Counted from the stretch's first letter, positions 1 to 10,294 are shown. The stretch is DNA of 64,000 nucleotides from Planctomycetaceae bacterium (GCA_052388175.1 JBQTIL010000040.1:961-64960); one strand, 5' to 3'. Translations and numbers: made by a program. Notes: generated by a model not told the origin, from the letters alone.

Positions 1-298
1 GTACCCGACGATTGAAACGGGATTGCCGGCAGCGCTGTTGGCAGGCGATGCGCGGTAAGCATGGATTCTCAATCTGTGCGTGCGCCAGTCGTAGTGTCCT
101 AATTTTGGATCAAATTAAGGACACGACCCGTCAGCCTGTAGTCTGCGCGCCGCCCGGTCGAGCGGCTAAGATAAGGGTCGCGCGAGCTCGCCCCGTTACT
201 CGGACGCGCGAACAATTCCAGGCGCCTTGCGCTCTGTAATTTATGCGCCGCATCCGCCCGTACGTAGATTGACTTGAGGCGCCAACCAGACCGACGAC

Positions 299-1645
299 AT
301 GACTCACACCAAAGACCAACTGCTGAAATCGGACGTCGCCCATCTGATTCATTCGCTGCACAACCGCCGGCTGCACGAACAGTCGGGCCACGTGTGGGTC
401 AAGGGAAATGGGGCAATCCTCACCGATGCCGACGGCAAGGAATACATCGACGCCCTGTCGGGATTGTGGAACGTCGTTTGCGGCCACGGACGGAAAGAAC
501 TGGTCGAGGCGGCCGCAGGCCAGATGCAATCGCTCGCGTACTGCTCGGGTTATGCTGGCAGCTCGAACGTCCCGGCGATTCGACTGGCCGAGCGCCTGGC
601 AACGATGGTGTACCCTGCGATTAACCGCTTCTTTTTCACTTCGGGCGGTGGAGAATCGAGCGACGCGAGTTTCAAAACGGCGCGCTACTATTGGCGCTTG
701 CAGGGCCGGCCTGAGAAGACCAAGGTCATCTCGCGGCAATGGGGTTATCACGGCACGACGCTCGCGGCGATGAGCGCGACGGGCATCTCGAGTTATTGGC
801 CGATGTTCGAGCCCCGCGTGCCGGGGTTTGTCCAGATTCCTTCCCCCTACCCGTATCGCTATGTTGCGCCGCCGGGCATCAGCCAGGGCGTTGCCGCAGC
901 CAATGAGCTCGAGCACGCGATCTTGCGTGAGGGGCCCGAAACGGTCGCCATGTTTCTGGGAGAGCCTGTTCAGGGGGCCGGGGGCGTGATCATTCCGCAG
1001 GACGACTATTGGCCGCGGGTCAGAGAGATCTGCAATCAATACGACGTGCTGTTGGTATCTGACGAGGTGATTACGGGCTTCGGTCGCACCGGCAAGATGT
1101 TGGGCCTGCAACATTGGGAGATTGAACCCGACATGATTCTGTTCGCGAAGGCGATCACTTCGGGTTCCTTTCCCCTGGGTGGCGTGGGAATGACGGAACG
1201 AATCGCCCGGGCGCTCGATGCGGGCGACCCGACGTGGATGCACGCTTACACCTACAGCGCCCATCCGGTGGGCTGCGCCGTGGCGCTCGCGACGCTCGAC
1301 ATCATCGAGAAGGAAGGTTTTCCTGGCCAGGCCGCCGAAAAAGGCGCCTATCTGCTCGAGCATCTGCGGCAGGCCCTCGCGTCGCACCCGCATGTGGGCG
1401 AAGTCCGCGGCAAGGGCCTGATGTGCGGGGTGGAGTTTGTGCAAGACAAGGGGTCGAAAGCCGAACATCCGCCTGAAGAAAAAATCGGCAGCAAAGTCCA
1501 TTTGGCGGCCCAGAAGCGGGGGCTCGTGAGCCGGCTGCGCGGCGAATCGGTGTTCTGCCTCGCGCCACCGATCGTCACCCCTTACCTGGTGCTCGACCGC
1601 ATCGTCGAGAGCCTGGCGGACGCCGTGCGCGATGTGCTGGGGTAG
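299..1645 (+). CDS. Class III (omega-type) PLP-dependent aminotransferase
   Basis: 448-aa ORF with class III aminotransferase hallmarks: LSGLWNVVCGHG near the N-terminus, DEVITGFGRTG motif, and PLP-lysine context FAKAITSG. Composition is coding-like. Confidence 0.9.
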   Translation: MTHTKDQLLKSDVAHLIHSLHNRRLHEQSGHVWVKGNGAILTDADGKEYIDALSGLWNVVCGHGRKELVEAAAGQMQSLAYCSGYAGSSNVPAIRLAERLATMVYPAINRFFFTSGGGESSDASFKTARYYWRLQGRPEKTKVISRQWGYHGTTLAAMSATGISSYWPMFEPRVPGFVQIPSPYPYRYVAPPGISQGVAAANELEHAILREGPETVAMFLGEPVQGAGGVIIPQDDYWPRVREICNQYDVLLVSDEVITGFGRTGKMLGLQHWEIEPDMILFAKAITSGSFPLGGVGMTERIARALDAGDPTWMHAYTYSAHPVGCAVALATLDIIEKEGFPGQAAEKGAYLLEHLRQALASHPHVGEVRGKGLMCGVEFVQDKGSKAEHPPEEKIGSKVHLAAQKRGLVSRLRGESVFCLAPPIVTPYLVLDRIVESLADAVRDVLG

Positions 1646-1707
1646 GGCCCGACCCGAATGCCGGATCTGTTGACCGCTTTTCGCGCCAGCCCTCAAAGTT
1701 ATTCATA

Positions 1708-3162
1708 TCACGGAGGCAAAGCCGCGACGCCACCGGGCGTACGCGAAACGTCGAGAATCAGCTCGCGCAATTCCGCGGCGATGAAGAACGAACCGGTCAC
1801 GCAGATCAGGTCTTGGGCGCCGGCCAGGCGCGACGCCAGTTTCCACGCGGCCGGAGGATCGGCGGCCGCGTGCAGCGGCTGGTCACCCAACCGCCGCGCC
1901 AGCGCCAGCAGTTCTTCAACCGGCACGTTGCGGGGATTGTTCTGGAAGCACGTGAGAATGACGGAATCGAAACGCGGCAGAAGCTGCCGCAGCATTCCTG
2001 ACACATCCTTGTCGCGCGTGGCCGCGAAAATCAGGAACCGGCGCCGGGCGGGAAAGCTCTCATCGAGCGTCTGCAGCAAGGCACGGACGGCCGCCCAGTT
2101 GTGCGCGGCGTCGATGATCACCGTGGGGCTTCGGCGCAACACTTCGATTCGCCCCGGCCAGCGGACCTGCGCCAACCCCTGCTCGAGCGCCTCGGGCGCA
2201 ATCGCCCACCCCTGCCCGGTCAGGCGATCGACCGCCGCCACCGCGAGCGCAGCATTGGCCGCCTGGTGGGCGCCGACTAGTGCGAGGGGCAGGTCGGTCC
2301 AGTCGCGTCGCGGAGTGCGGACCGAGAAGCGAGTCGCCGCGCCGTCTTGCGGGGGTGAATAGCGGTACTCGAGGTCGTCGCCGATTTGCCACAGCGGGGC
2401 GGCGTTCTGCCGACAAACTTCGACCACGACCTCGCGGGCCTCGGGGGCCAGAACTCCCGAGACGACGGGCACGCCGGCTTTCACGATGCCGGCCTTTTCC
2501 TGCGCGATCTGCGACAGGCGGCTGCCCAGTTGCCGCGTGTGGTCGCGACTCACGGTGGTGATGACGGCGACTGCCGGCCGGCAGATATTCGTGGCATCGA
2601 GCCGGCCCCCCATTCCCACTTCCAGAACCGCGATCTCAGCGCCGCGTGCGCGAAAATAGAGCCACGCCAGCGCCGTGGCGATTTCGAAATAGGTTGGGCT
2701 CATGCGGCCCGGCAGGTTGTCGAGCGCCGCGACGACGTCGGCCACGTCGGCCACCAGCCGCGCGAGCTGGTGTTGCGAGGGAATCACGCCCCCCACGGCC
2801 ATTCGCTCTTCAAAGGCCGCCAGATGAGGGGAGGTAAATAGCCCCGTGCGCAGGCCGGCGGCATGCAGAATCGAGGCGATGCAGGCGGCGGTCGAACCTT
2901 TACCCTTCGTTCCGGCCACATGGACTACGGGGATCGATTCGTGGGGGTCGCCCAGCCGCCGCAGAAACTCCCGCATGCGGTCGAGCTTGAAATCGTCGGC
3001 CGAATACGCCGTTCCGGCCAGCCGCTCGAAATTCACGCGGCTGAACAGGTATTCGATCGCCTGTTCGTAGTTCTCGGCGAAGGGAGCCACAGCAGAAGAT
3101 GAAGTGCGGCCGGATCGTCGCGGGCTTACGGGGCGGCCACCGCAAGTGGCCGACGGGATCAA
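1708..3162 (-). CDS. folC: Folylpolyglutamate synthase / dihydrofolate synthase
   Basis: 484-aa ORF with Mur-ligase P-loop VHVAGTKGKGST and FolC-type N-terminus (YEQAIEYLFSRVNFE). The true start may lie downstream of the first ATG, because the N-terminus is Arg/Ser-rich. Confidence 0.85.
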   Translation of the reverse strand: MIPSATCGGRPVSPRRSGRTSSSAVAPFAENYEQAIEYLFSRVNFERLAGTAYSADDFKLDRMREFLRRLGDPHESIPVVHVAGTKGKGSTAACIASILHAAGLRTGLFTSPHLAAFEERMAVGGVIPSQHQLARLVADVADVVAALDNLPGRMSPTYFEIATALAWLYFRARGAEIAVLEVGMGGRLDATNICRPAVAVITTVSRDHTRQLGSRLSQIAQEKAGIVKAGVPVVSGVLAPEAREVVVEVCRQNAAPLWQIGDDLEYRYSPPQDGAATRFSVRTPRRDWTDLPLALVGAHQAANAALAVAAVDRLTGQGWAIAPEALEQGLAQVRWPGRIEVLRRSPTVIIDAAHNWAAVRALLQTLDESFPARRRFLIFAATRDKDVSGMLRQLLPRFDSVILTCFQNNPRNVPVEELLALARRLGDQPLHAAADPPAAWKLASRLAGAQDLICVTGSFFIAAELRELILDVSRTPGGVAALPP

Positions 3163-3163
3163 A

Positions 3164-3832
3164 TCAGTTTCCGGGCTTCAATTCTTTGATGCGAATATTC
3201 CGAAACTCGCACTTGCACGGCGGGCCCGCATGCACCTGCAACGCAATGAGCCCGGTTTGCGGCACATACTCTTCTTCGTCGAACTCGACCGACTTGAAAC
3301 CATTGAGCGTCAATGTAATGCGCGAGCCTTCGGCGCGAATGACGTAGCGGTTCCAGTCTCCCTGAGCGAGCATCACGACGTTCGTGATTTCGGGCTTGGC
3401 CTTGGCAAGAATCCGATTGCGGCGGCTTTCGTCGTACAGCGACCCCCAAAAGTCCTGACCGATATCGGCCTGATAGCCCGACATCTCATGGCTCTTGGCG
3501 CTGGTTTTCGGCAGCCGCTGCGAGCGAAACTGCACGCCCGAATTGACGTCGGCGCCCGACACCCTGAACTCCAGCCGCAGCTCGAAATCTGCATAACTTC
3601 TGGTCGTCGCCAGAAACTGGTTCTGCTTGATCCCCGGCGATTCCCCCACAATGACGCCATCGACAACCTTCCAGAGCGACGTGTCGCCTTCCCAGCCCTC
3701 AAGCGTCTTGCCGTCGAATAGCGGAGTGAAGCCCTCTTCGGCAGCCATCGCTACGAATGGCAACATCGTCGCGACAACAAAGGCGGCACCGAACCATGGC
3801 TGGCGGTGCCATATTGGTCGAGCGGCAGACAC
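3164..3832 (-). CDS. Secreted DUF1080 (3-keto-disaccharide hydrolase-like, concanavalin fold) protein
   Basis: Contains FTPLFDGKTLEGWEG...WKVVDGVIVG...GLIALQVH...FRNIRIKEL, typical of DUF1080. I place the start at GTG 3832, which is preceded by GGAGA. This gives the signal peptide VSAARPIWHRQPWFGAAFVVATMLPFVAMA. The track ORF extends to 4006. Confidence 0.8.
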   Translation of the reverse strand: MSAARPIWHRQPWFGAAFVVATMLPFVAMAAEEGFTPLFDGKTLEGWEGDTSLWKVVDGVIVGESPGIKQNQFLATTRSYADFELRLEFRVSGADVNSGVQFRSQRLPKTSAKSHEMSGYQADIGQDFWGSLYDESRRNRILAKAKPEITNVVMLAQGDWNRYVIRAEGSRITLTLNGFKSVEFDEEEYVPQTGLIALQVHAGPPCKCEFRNIRIKELKPGN

Positions 3833-4024
3833 GATGATTGTCTCCTGAAGAAGCAATTCTGGTCGTAGAACCGAGACAACCCAGTGGCCTCGCGGCCGCG
3901 GTGCGTCGTCGGGCGAGTATACCGCGGCACCGTGACCTTGGAAAGGAGGCGGCCGCGACGGACTTGGCCGCAAATCGGCCCTCTTGGAGCAAGAAGTGGC
4001 GGGCACTCAAGCTGCGACGCACCG

Positions 4025-5824
4025 TCATTCGTCTCCGACTTCGAGCACCGACAGAAATGCCTTCTGCGGGATTTCGACCTGCCCGAACTGCTTCAGTCGC
4101 TTCTTGCCTTCGCGCTGCTTGGCCCACAACTTCCGCTTGCGCGTGATGTCGCCGCCATAGCATTTCGCGGTCACGTTCTTGCGCAGCGCGGGGATCGTTT
4201 CCCGCGCGATAATGCGCGATCCGATGGCCGCCTGAATGGGTATCTCGAACTGATGCTTGGAGATTTCTTCTTTCAAGCGCTTGCACAGCGACCGGCCGCG
4301 GCGCTCGGCCTGGCTGCGATGCATGATCGTCGCCAGCGCGTCGACCCGCTCGCCCTTGACGAGAATATCGACCTTGACGAGATCGGCGTCGCGGAAGCCG
4401 ACGAGCTCGTAGTCCATGGTGCCGTAGCCGCGGGTGATGCTTTTCAGGCGATCGTGCATGTCGTAGATGACCTCCGCCAGCGGCAGTTCGTAGACGAGTT
4501 GGGCGCGCGTCGGGCCCAGGTAGTCGGTGCTCTTGTACGTGCCCCTCCGGTCTTCGCAGAGTTGCATGAGCGAACCGATGTTTTCGGCCGGCACGATGAA
4601 ATTCACGCGCACAACCGGCTCGCGGAATTCGCGAATCCCCCCCGTGGTAGGCACATCCTGCGGGTTGTCGATGTGTCGCACGGTGTCATCGTCCATCAGC
4701 AGCTCGTAGGTGACGTTCGGCGCGGTTTGAATCAGATCGATTTCGGCCTCTTTTTCGAGCCGCTGCTGGATGATCTCCATATGCAGCATGCCCAGAAACC
4801 CGCACCGGAAGCCGAAGCCCAGCGCGTCGCTGGTTTCAGGCTGAAATGTGAAGCTGGCGTCATTGAGGCTCATCTTCTGAAGCTCTTCTCGCAGCTTCTC
4901 GAAATCGGTGCTTTCGATCGGGTACATCCCGCAGAACACCATCTGCTGAGGCGCCTTGTAGCCCGGCAGCGCCCGCGCGGCAGGCCGCGACGCCAGCGTG
5001 ACCGTATCACCCACGTGCACCGCACCCAGCTCTTTGATGCCGGCGACGATATACCCCACCTGCCCCGGACCCAGCCGATCGCACTTTTCCATATCGGGCC
5101 GGAACTGACCCACTTCGAGCACATCGTGCGTGGTGGCGGCCTTCATGAACAGCACCTTCATGCCCGGTTCGATGATTCCATCGCGCACGCGGACGTAGGT
5201 GACGACTCCGCGGTAGTCGTCGTATTTGCTGTCGAACACGAGCGCCTTGAGAGAGGCCTTCGCATCGCCCTTCGGCGGGGGCAAGCGCGTCACGAGGGCC
5301 TCGAAGACCAGGTCGATGCCGATTCCCGATTTGCCGCTGACGCGCAACACATCTTCGGGTCGGATCCCCAGCACGGTGTGCATCTCTTCCAGCACTTCGT
5401 CGGTGCGCACGACGGGCAGGTCGATCTTGTTGATGCAGGGAATGATGACGAGATCAGCCTCGATCGCCGCATAGGCGTTGGCGACCGTCTGCGCCTGCAC
5501 CCCCTGAAAGGCGTCGACCAGCAAGAGCGCCCCTTCGCACGCCGCCAGACTGCGTGAGACCTCGTAGTGGAAATCGACGTGGCCCGGTGTATCGACCAGG
5601 TTCAACTCGTAGAGTTGCCCCTTGTGGTTGTAATGAATCGCGACGGCGCGGGCCTTGACCGTAATGCCGCGCTCGCGTTCGACATCGAGGTCGTCGAGAA
5701 TCTGCGCCCGAAATTCGCGCTGGGTGATGGTGCCCGTTTTGAGCAAAAGCTGGTCGGCCAACGTACTCTTGCCGTGGTCGATGTGGGCGACGATGGAGAA
5801 ATTCCGAATGAAGCGAGGGTCCAT
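4025..5824 (-). CDS. lepA: Elongation factor 4 (LepA)
   Basis: 599 aa. Has GTPase motifs AHIDHGKST, DTPGHVDF and NKID, plus the LepA-specific C-terminal domain (...KCYGGDITRKRKLWAKQREGKKRLKQFGQVEIPQKAF). Confidence 0.97.
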   Translation of the reverse strand: MDPRFIRNFSIVAHIDHGKSTLADQLLLKTGTITQREFRAQILDDLDVERERGITVKARAVAIHYNHKGQLYELNLVDTPGHVDFHYEVSRSLAACEGALLLVDAFQGVQAQTVANAYAAIEADLVIIPCINKIDLPVVRTDEVLEEMHTVLGIRPEDVLRVSGKSGIGIDLVFEALVTRLPPPKGDAKASLKALVFDSKYDDYRGVVTYVRVRDGIIEPGMKVLFMKAATTHDVLEVGQFRPDMEKCDRLGPGQVGYIVAGIKELGAVHVGDTVTLASRPAARALPGYKAPQQMVFCGMYPIESTDFEKLREELQKMSLNDASFTFQPETSDALGFGFRCGFLGMLHMEIIQQRLEKEAEIDLIQTAPNVTYELLMDDDTVRHIDNPQDVPTTGGIREFREPVVRVNFIVPAENIGSLMQLCEDRRGTYKSTDYLGPTRAQLVYELPLAEVIYDMHDRLKSITRGYGTMDYELVGFRDADLVKVDILVKGERVDALATIMHRSQAERRGRSLCKRLKEEISKHQFEIPIQAAIGSRIIARETIPALRKNVTAKCYGGDITRKRKLWAKQREGKKRLKQFGQVEIPQKAFLSVLEVGDE

Positions 5825-5966
5825 GCTGACGACGACGGTGCGATTGAGAATTGCGAACGAAGGGCGAAGCGACGAGGGCTGAGATGGAAGGCCGGGCGTG
5901 TGGACTTCAGGTCATTCAAGTGCCGTCAGGCGTCAATCCTGTAACCTGCCGGAAATACGAGGCCGG

Positions 5967-6980
5967 TCATGATTTGGCGCCACCAAACTTTGTTCGGGCG
6001 CAGCCGGCGGCCCCGATGAACCCCGCGTCGCTTCCCAGGCTGGCGTATTCAATGGCGGTTCGGGCGGCCGGAATCGGAAAGGCCCGCTTCTTGATTTCAT
6101 TGCGAACTTCCTGCAGAAACCGGCGACCGATCGCCGTGGCGTTGCGCCCGAACGTCATTCCGCCGCCGAGCAGCACCATTTCGGGGTCGATCGTGTGCAT
6201 CAAGGTCACTGTTCCGACCGCCATGTAGCGGGCTGTCTCGAGCACGAGTTCTTCGCAGAGCGGGTCGCCGGCATCGGCCAGCTCTGAAATCAGTTTTGGC
6301 GTGATCTCGGCGCCCGCGGCGACGCGCCGTGAAATCTCAGACTTCCGCCCGGCCTGCAAGGCTTCTTCACACCGGGCGATCACCGCGCGACCGCCGGCAT
6401 AGGCTTCGAGCGTGCCATACTGCCCGGTGCTGCACAGCCGACCGTTGGTCATCTCGATGATCACATGCCCGCACTCAGCGCCGTGCGAGTGGGCCCCTTC
6501 GATAATCATATCGTCGATGATGATTCCGCAGCCGATGCCGGTGCCCAGCGTCCAGAAAACCAGGCTGTTCACGTCTTTGGCCGCGCCGGCCCAGAACTCT
6601 CCGTAAGCGGCCGCGTTGGCGTCGTTCTGCAGAACCGTCGGCAAATCAAGCCGCCGCGCCACTGCCTCCCGCACGGGAAAATCGTTCCACCCCGGAAGAT
6701 TCGGCGGGTTGAGCAGCATCCCCGCGGGGATATCCATAGTTCCCGGAGTCGCGAGGCCTGCCCCTCGAATGTCGCTCTTTGTCACTCCGGCCGCGGCGAT
6801 GGCCTGGTCTGCGGCGCAGATCATATTCTCGACGCCGACTTTAGGCCCACGCGGCGCCTCGGTGGGGATGCTCACGTGCGATAGCGAGTGCCCGGTGTCG
6901 TTGACGACGCCCGCCTTGATATTGGTGCCTCCCAGGTCGATGCCCAGGAACAGCGGGCCGCTCTTGGTTGTCGGTTGCAT
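5967..6980 (-). CDS. ROK family sugar kinase (glucokinase-like)
   Basis: Has LGIDLGGTNIKAGVV ATP-binding motif, the ROK signature region (GTGIGCGIIIDD...GAHSHGAECGH) and a C-terminal GGGM motif. Start chosen at the second ATG (MQPTTKSG...). The track ORF begins at 7022. Confidence 0.85.
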   Translation of the reverse strand: MQPTTKSGPLFLGIDLGGTNIKAGVVNDTGHSLSHVSIPTEAPRGPKVGVENMICAADQAIAAAGVTKSDIRGAGLATPGTMDIPAGMLLNPPNLPGWNDFPVREAVARRLDLPTVLQNDANAAAYGEFWAGAAKDVNSLVFWTLGTGIGCGIIIDDMIIEGAHSHGAECGHVIIEMTNGRLCSTGQYGTLEAYAGGRAVIARCEEALQAGRKSEISRRVAAGAEITPKLISELADAGDPLCEELVLETARYMAVGTVTLMHTIDPEMVLLGGGMTFGRNATAIGRRFLQEVRNEIKKRAFPIPAARTAIEYASLGSDAGFIGAAGCARTKFGGAKS

Positions 6981-7121
6981 GGCGCGAGTATAGTTGGCAG
7001 TGGCGGAATGCTTCAATTGCAAGGCGCTCGAACAGCCTCATTGACACGTCGCGCGCGGCAGACAAGACTACCGGCGGAACTGCCGACGGGCCGTGCACAG
7101 CAGGTTGTCACTTTACAATCA

Positions 7122-8339
7122 ATGACCGAGATCTGGCGACGTTTGATCGCGCAAATCCATGCGGCGCCGATCCGCATGGTGGTGGTGACGACCGGCGGCG
7201 GAGCGTCGGCCATCGCCGAATTGCTCTCCGTCCCCGGCGGGTCACGAACGGTGATTGAAGGGGTCGTCCCCTATTCAGCCGCCGCCCTGGCCGACTGGCT
7301 CGGGCGTGTTCCTGATCGCTTCTGTGCCGAAGATACGGCGCTGGCGATGGCAGCCGTGGCCTACGAGCGTGGTTGTCGGCTGGAACGCGCGCCGGCAGCG
7401 CAGAGGGCAACCGCAGGCGCGCCGATCGAAGGGCAAGCCCTGTCGGCACAGGCCCGTGCGTCGGAAGTCGTCGGTGTTTCGTGCACGGCGGCCCTGGTGA
7501 GCGATCGCCCCAAGGCCGGGGCGCATCGGTGTTTCGTCGCGGTGCAGGGGGCCGACTTCACCGCCAGCCTGTCGCTGGTGCTTGAGAAGGGGGCCCGCGA
7601 CCGGCCTGCCGAAGAATCGCTGGTCGGATCTCTGATACTGACCGCCGTCGCGCGGGCCGCCGATCTCGATGGAATTCCGCCCCTCGACCTGCGGCCCACA
7701 GAACAAGTCGCAACCGAGCAGACGGCGGCCCATTGGCTCGTCCTGGAATTGTTGTCCGGCAGCCGCCCGGCGATCTGGTCGTTTGGCGACGGGACGTTCG
7801 CCTCGGCCCTCGGCGCGGCGTCGGTTCCCGCTCCTCGGGGCGTCTTGTGCGGGGCGTTCAACCCGCTGCACTATGGCCACGAACGGCTGCGGGCCGCCGC
7901 CGAGCAGATCGTGCAGGGGCCGGTGTATTATGAGATGTCGCTGCGAAACGTCGACAAGCCTCCGCTGGATTTTCTGACGATCAATCGGCGATGCGCGCAG
8001 TTTACGCAGCAACCGCTGGCGCTCACGGTCGCCCCGACCTTTGCAGAAAAAGCCGCGGCGCTGCCGGGCATGGTATTCGTCGTCGGGGTCGATACAGCCG
8101 AGCGAATCGTCCACCCTCGTTACTACGGAGATCGCGAAGGCGACATGCGGGCGGCGCTCGGGCAGATCGTCGGCCAGGGCTGCCGGTTTCTGGTAGCAGG
8201 TCGGCAGGTCGACCGACAATTCCGCAAACTGAGCGACCTGACGCTGCCCACTGAATTCGCCTCGCTGTTCGCCGAAGTTCCTGAGGAGACGTTTCGGGCC
8301 GACGTCTCGTCGACGGAATTGCGGGAAGGCCGCGAGTAA
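7122..8339 (+). CDS. Two-domain protein: CinA/PncC-like N-terminal domain fused to a cytidylyltransferase-fold (NMN/NaMN adenylyltransferase-like) domain
   Basis: The N-terminal region (VVVTTGGGASAIAELLSVPGGSRTVIEGVVPYSAAALADWLG) resembles the CinA C-terminal/PncC pattern. The C-terminal half carries the nucleotidyltransferase (H/T)xGH motif in GVLCGAFNPLHYGHERL. Start taken at ATG 7122 (MTEIWRRL). The track ORF starts at 6888 inside the ROK gene. Confidence 0.55.
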   Translation: MTEIWRRLIAQIHAAPIRMVVVTTGGGASAIAELLSVPGGSRTVIEGVVPYSAAALADWLGRVPDRFCAEDTALAMAAVAYERGCRLERAPAAQRATAGAPIEGQALSAQARASEVVGVSCTAALVSDRPKAGAHRCFVAVQGADFTASLSLVLEKGARDRPAEESLVGSLILTAVARAADLDGIPPLDLRPTEQVATEQTAAHWLVLELLSGSRPAIWSFGDGTFASALGAASVPAPRGVLCGAFNPLHYGHERLRAAAEQIVQGPVYYEMSLRNVDKPPLDFLTINRRCAQFTQQPLALTVAPTFAEKAAALPGMVFVVGVDTAERIVHPRYYGDREGDMRAALGQIVGQGCRFLVAGRQVDRQFRKLSDLTLPTEFASLFAEVPEETFRADVSSTELREGRE

Positions 8340-8363
8340 GGCGGTGCGGGAAGGCGAAGTTGA

Positions 8364-9239
8364 TCAACCCTGCGCGACGGGGTTGGTCAGCGTGCCGATG
8401 CCGGTGATATCGATCGAGACGACGTCGCCGGTCTGCAGGGTGAACTCATCGGGCGGTACGATACCGGTGCCTGTCAGCAGCACGACGCCGTCGGGAAAGC
8501 TGTTGTCGCGGAACAGCCAGTCAATCAATTCGTCGAAACTGCGTTGCATCTGATCGAGACCGGTTTCGCCGCGAAAGACCTCGCCTCCTCGCCGATGCAC
8601 GACCAGCGTTATCCGTGTCGCGGCGCGATCCAACGGCCCCTCGGGAATGAGCACACACGGCCCCAGGGCGCAGCAATCGTCGTAGACTTTGGCCTGCGGC
8701 AGGTACAGCGGGTTCTCGCCCTCGATGTCTCGGGCGCTCATGTCGTTTCCGATCGAGAACCCCACCAGTTTGCGGCGCGGCGAGATGACCAGCGCCAGTT
8801 CCGGCTCGGGGACCGACCAGCGCGTATCCTGGCGAATGCGCACCGGCTGGCCCGGCCCGGCGACGCGGCGCGGCATACCCTTGAAGAACAGTTCGGGGCG
8901 CGGGGCGGTGTAAGCGCGATCGTAATGCGAGGCGCCGGTTTCTGATTCTTCCATGCGGGCCACCTGGCTGCGTTTGTACGTCACCCCCGCGGCCCAGATT
9001 TCCTGGCGATCGAGCGGCGCGAGCATCTTCACTTGGGGGGCGGCAATCAGCGTGGCGTGCGAGTCGAACAGGGCCCCGACCAGCTCGACCGGGTCGGCAG
9101 CGTGCAACAGGTCAGACAAGCATTGGCAGTCGTTCGACCAGGCCACCACGTAGACCCCCTGCTCGACCAGCACGGCGACGCGCTGTTCACCACCCGGAAG
9201 CTCGACTTTTGCTAGCTTCATAAGGGGCCTCGCGACCAA
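8364..9239 (-). CDS. Fumarylacetoacetate hydrolase (FAH) family protein
   Basis: 291 aa with a C-terminal FAH-fold pattern: EPELALVI...GFSIGNDMSARDIE...KVYDDCCALGPCV...PDGVVLLTGTGIVPP...GDVVSIDITGIGTLTNPV. Confidence 0.85.
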   Translation of the reverse strand: MVARPLMKLAKVELPGGEQRVAVLVEQGVYVVAWSNDCQCLSDLLHAADPVELVGALFDSHATLIAAPQVKMLAPLDRQEIWAAGVTYKRSQVARMEESETGASHYDRAYTAPRPELFFKGMPRRVAGPGQPVRIRQDTRWSVPEPELALVISPRRKLVGFSIGNDMSARDIEGENPLYLPQAKVYDDCCALGPCVLIPEGPLDRAATRITLVVHRRGGEVFRGETGLDQMQRSFDELIDWLFRDNSFPDGVVLLTGTGIVPPDEFTLQTGDVVSIDITGIGTLTNPVAQG

Positions 9240-9295
9240 TCAGGTCGATCGCCGTGCAATGAAACACTGCAAAGTTCTCAACGGGACAACGCGAG

Positions 9296-10294
9296 CTATT
9301 TTCTCTGTTGCCGCGTTTCACGCAACGCCGCCAGCGTGTTTTGCATGTCGGGCGGCAAAGACGCCTCGAATTCGAGCGGCGCGCCGGTCGCCGGGTGCCG
9401 AAAACAGAGCCGCAGGGCGTGCAGAGCCTGGCGAGAAATCAGTATGTCGTCAGCAGGGGAATTCGAATTGATTCCCAGGTAAGATCGGGTCAGCGCAGGT
9501 CGTGCCCCGTACAGCCGGTCGGCGACGATCGGGTGGCCGATGTGCCGCGCATGTACGCGCAACTGATGGGTGCGGCCGGTCTGCGGCAGGAGCTTGAGAT
9601 ACGAAAAGTCGTAAAACCGCTCCAGCACCTCATAGAACGTGACGGCATGGCGGGCGTTGCCGCCGGGTTCGCAGACCATCATTTTCTCTCGCTCGCGCGG
9701 ATTGACGCGCAGCCAGGTTTCGATGTAGTCGCTGTCGCGTTCGACGATGCCCCAGACGATCGCCCGATATTCCTTCGTCACCTCGCGGCGTTCGAACTGT
9801 GCGCTCAGGCGATGGTGCACCTGGTTATCTTTGGCCACCACCAGCAAGCCGCTGGTGTCGCGGTCGAGCCGGTGGACGATGCCCGGCCGCAGTTTGCCGG
9901 CCACGTCGCTCAGCCGGTCGAAGTGAAACTGCAGCGCGCCGGCCAGCGTCCCGCGATAGTTGCCTTTGCCCGGGTGCGTGATCATGCCGGCAGGCTTGTT
10001 GATCACGATCAGCCATTCATCTTCATAAACGACGTCGAGGGGAATATTCTCGGCGGGCAGTGCGCGGTCGGGCTCGGCCGGCAGGCGGATCGACAGCATG
10101 TCGTTCACGCGCAACCGGCGGCTGGCTTTGACCGGCAACCCATTGACGAGAATGGTCTGCGCTAAAATGGCCTGCTGAAACGCGGCGCGGCTGTGGTTGG
10201 GAAAGACCCGCGTCAGGTAGTGATCGACCCGCCAGCCGTGCGCCCGCCCCTCAACCGTCAACGTGATCGGCGCCGAAGACAGCTCGTCGTTCAT
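9296..10294 (-). CDS. rluD: RluA-family 23S rRNA pseudouridine synthase (RluD-type, S4 domain plus catalytic domain)
   Basis: Has an N-terminal S4-like segment (RVDHYLTRVFPNHSRAAFQQAI...VNGLPVKAS), the catalytic HRLDRDTSGLLVVAK motif and a GRTHQLRVH motif. Confidence 0.9.
   Translation of the reverse strand: MNDELSSAPITLTVEGRAHGWRVDHYLTRVFPNHSRAAFQQAILAQTILVNGLPVKASRRLRVNDMLSIRLPAEPDRALPAENIPLDVVYEDEWLIVINKPAGMITHPGKGNYRGTLAGALQFHFDRLSDVAGKLRPGIVHRLDRDTSGLLVVAKDNQVHHRLSAQFERREVTKEYRAIVWGIVERDSDYIETWLRVNPREREKMMVCEPGGNARHAVTFYEVLERFYDFSYLKLLPQTGRTHQLRVHARHIGHPIVADRLYGARPALTRSYLGINSNSPADDILISRQALHALRLCFRHPATGAPLEFEASLPPDMQNTLAALRETRQQRK

Noticed and set aside
3884-5557. 557-aa plus-strand ORF
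   Set aside because: It is antisense to lepA, whose identity is unambiguous.
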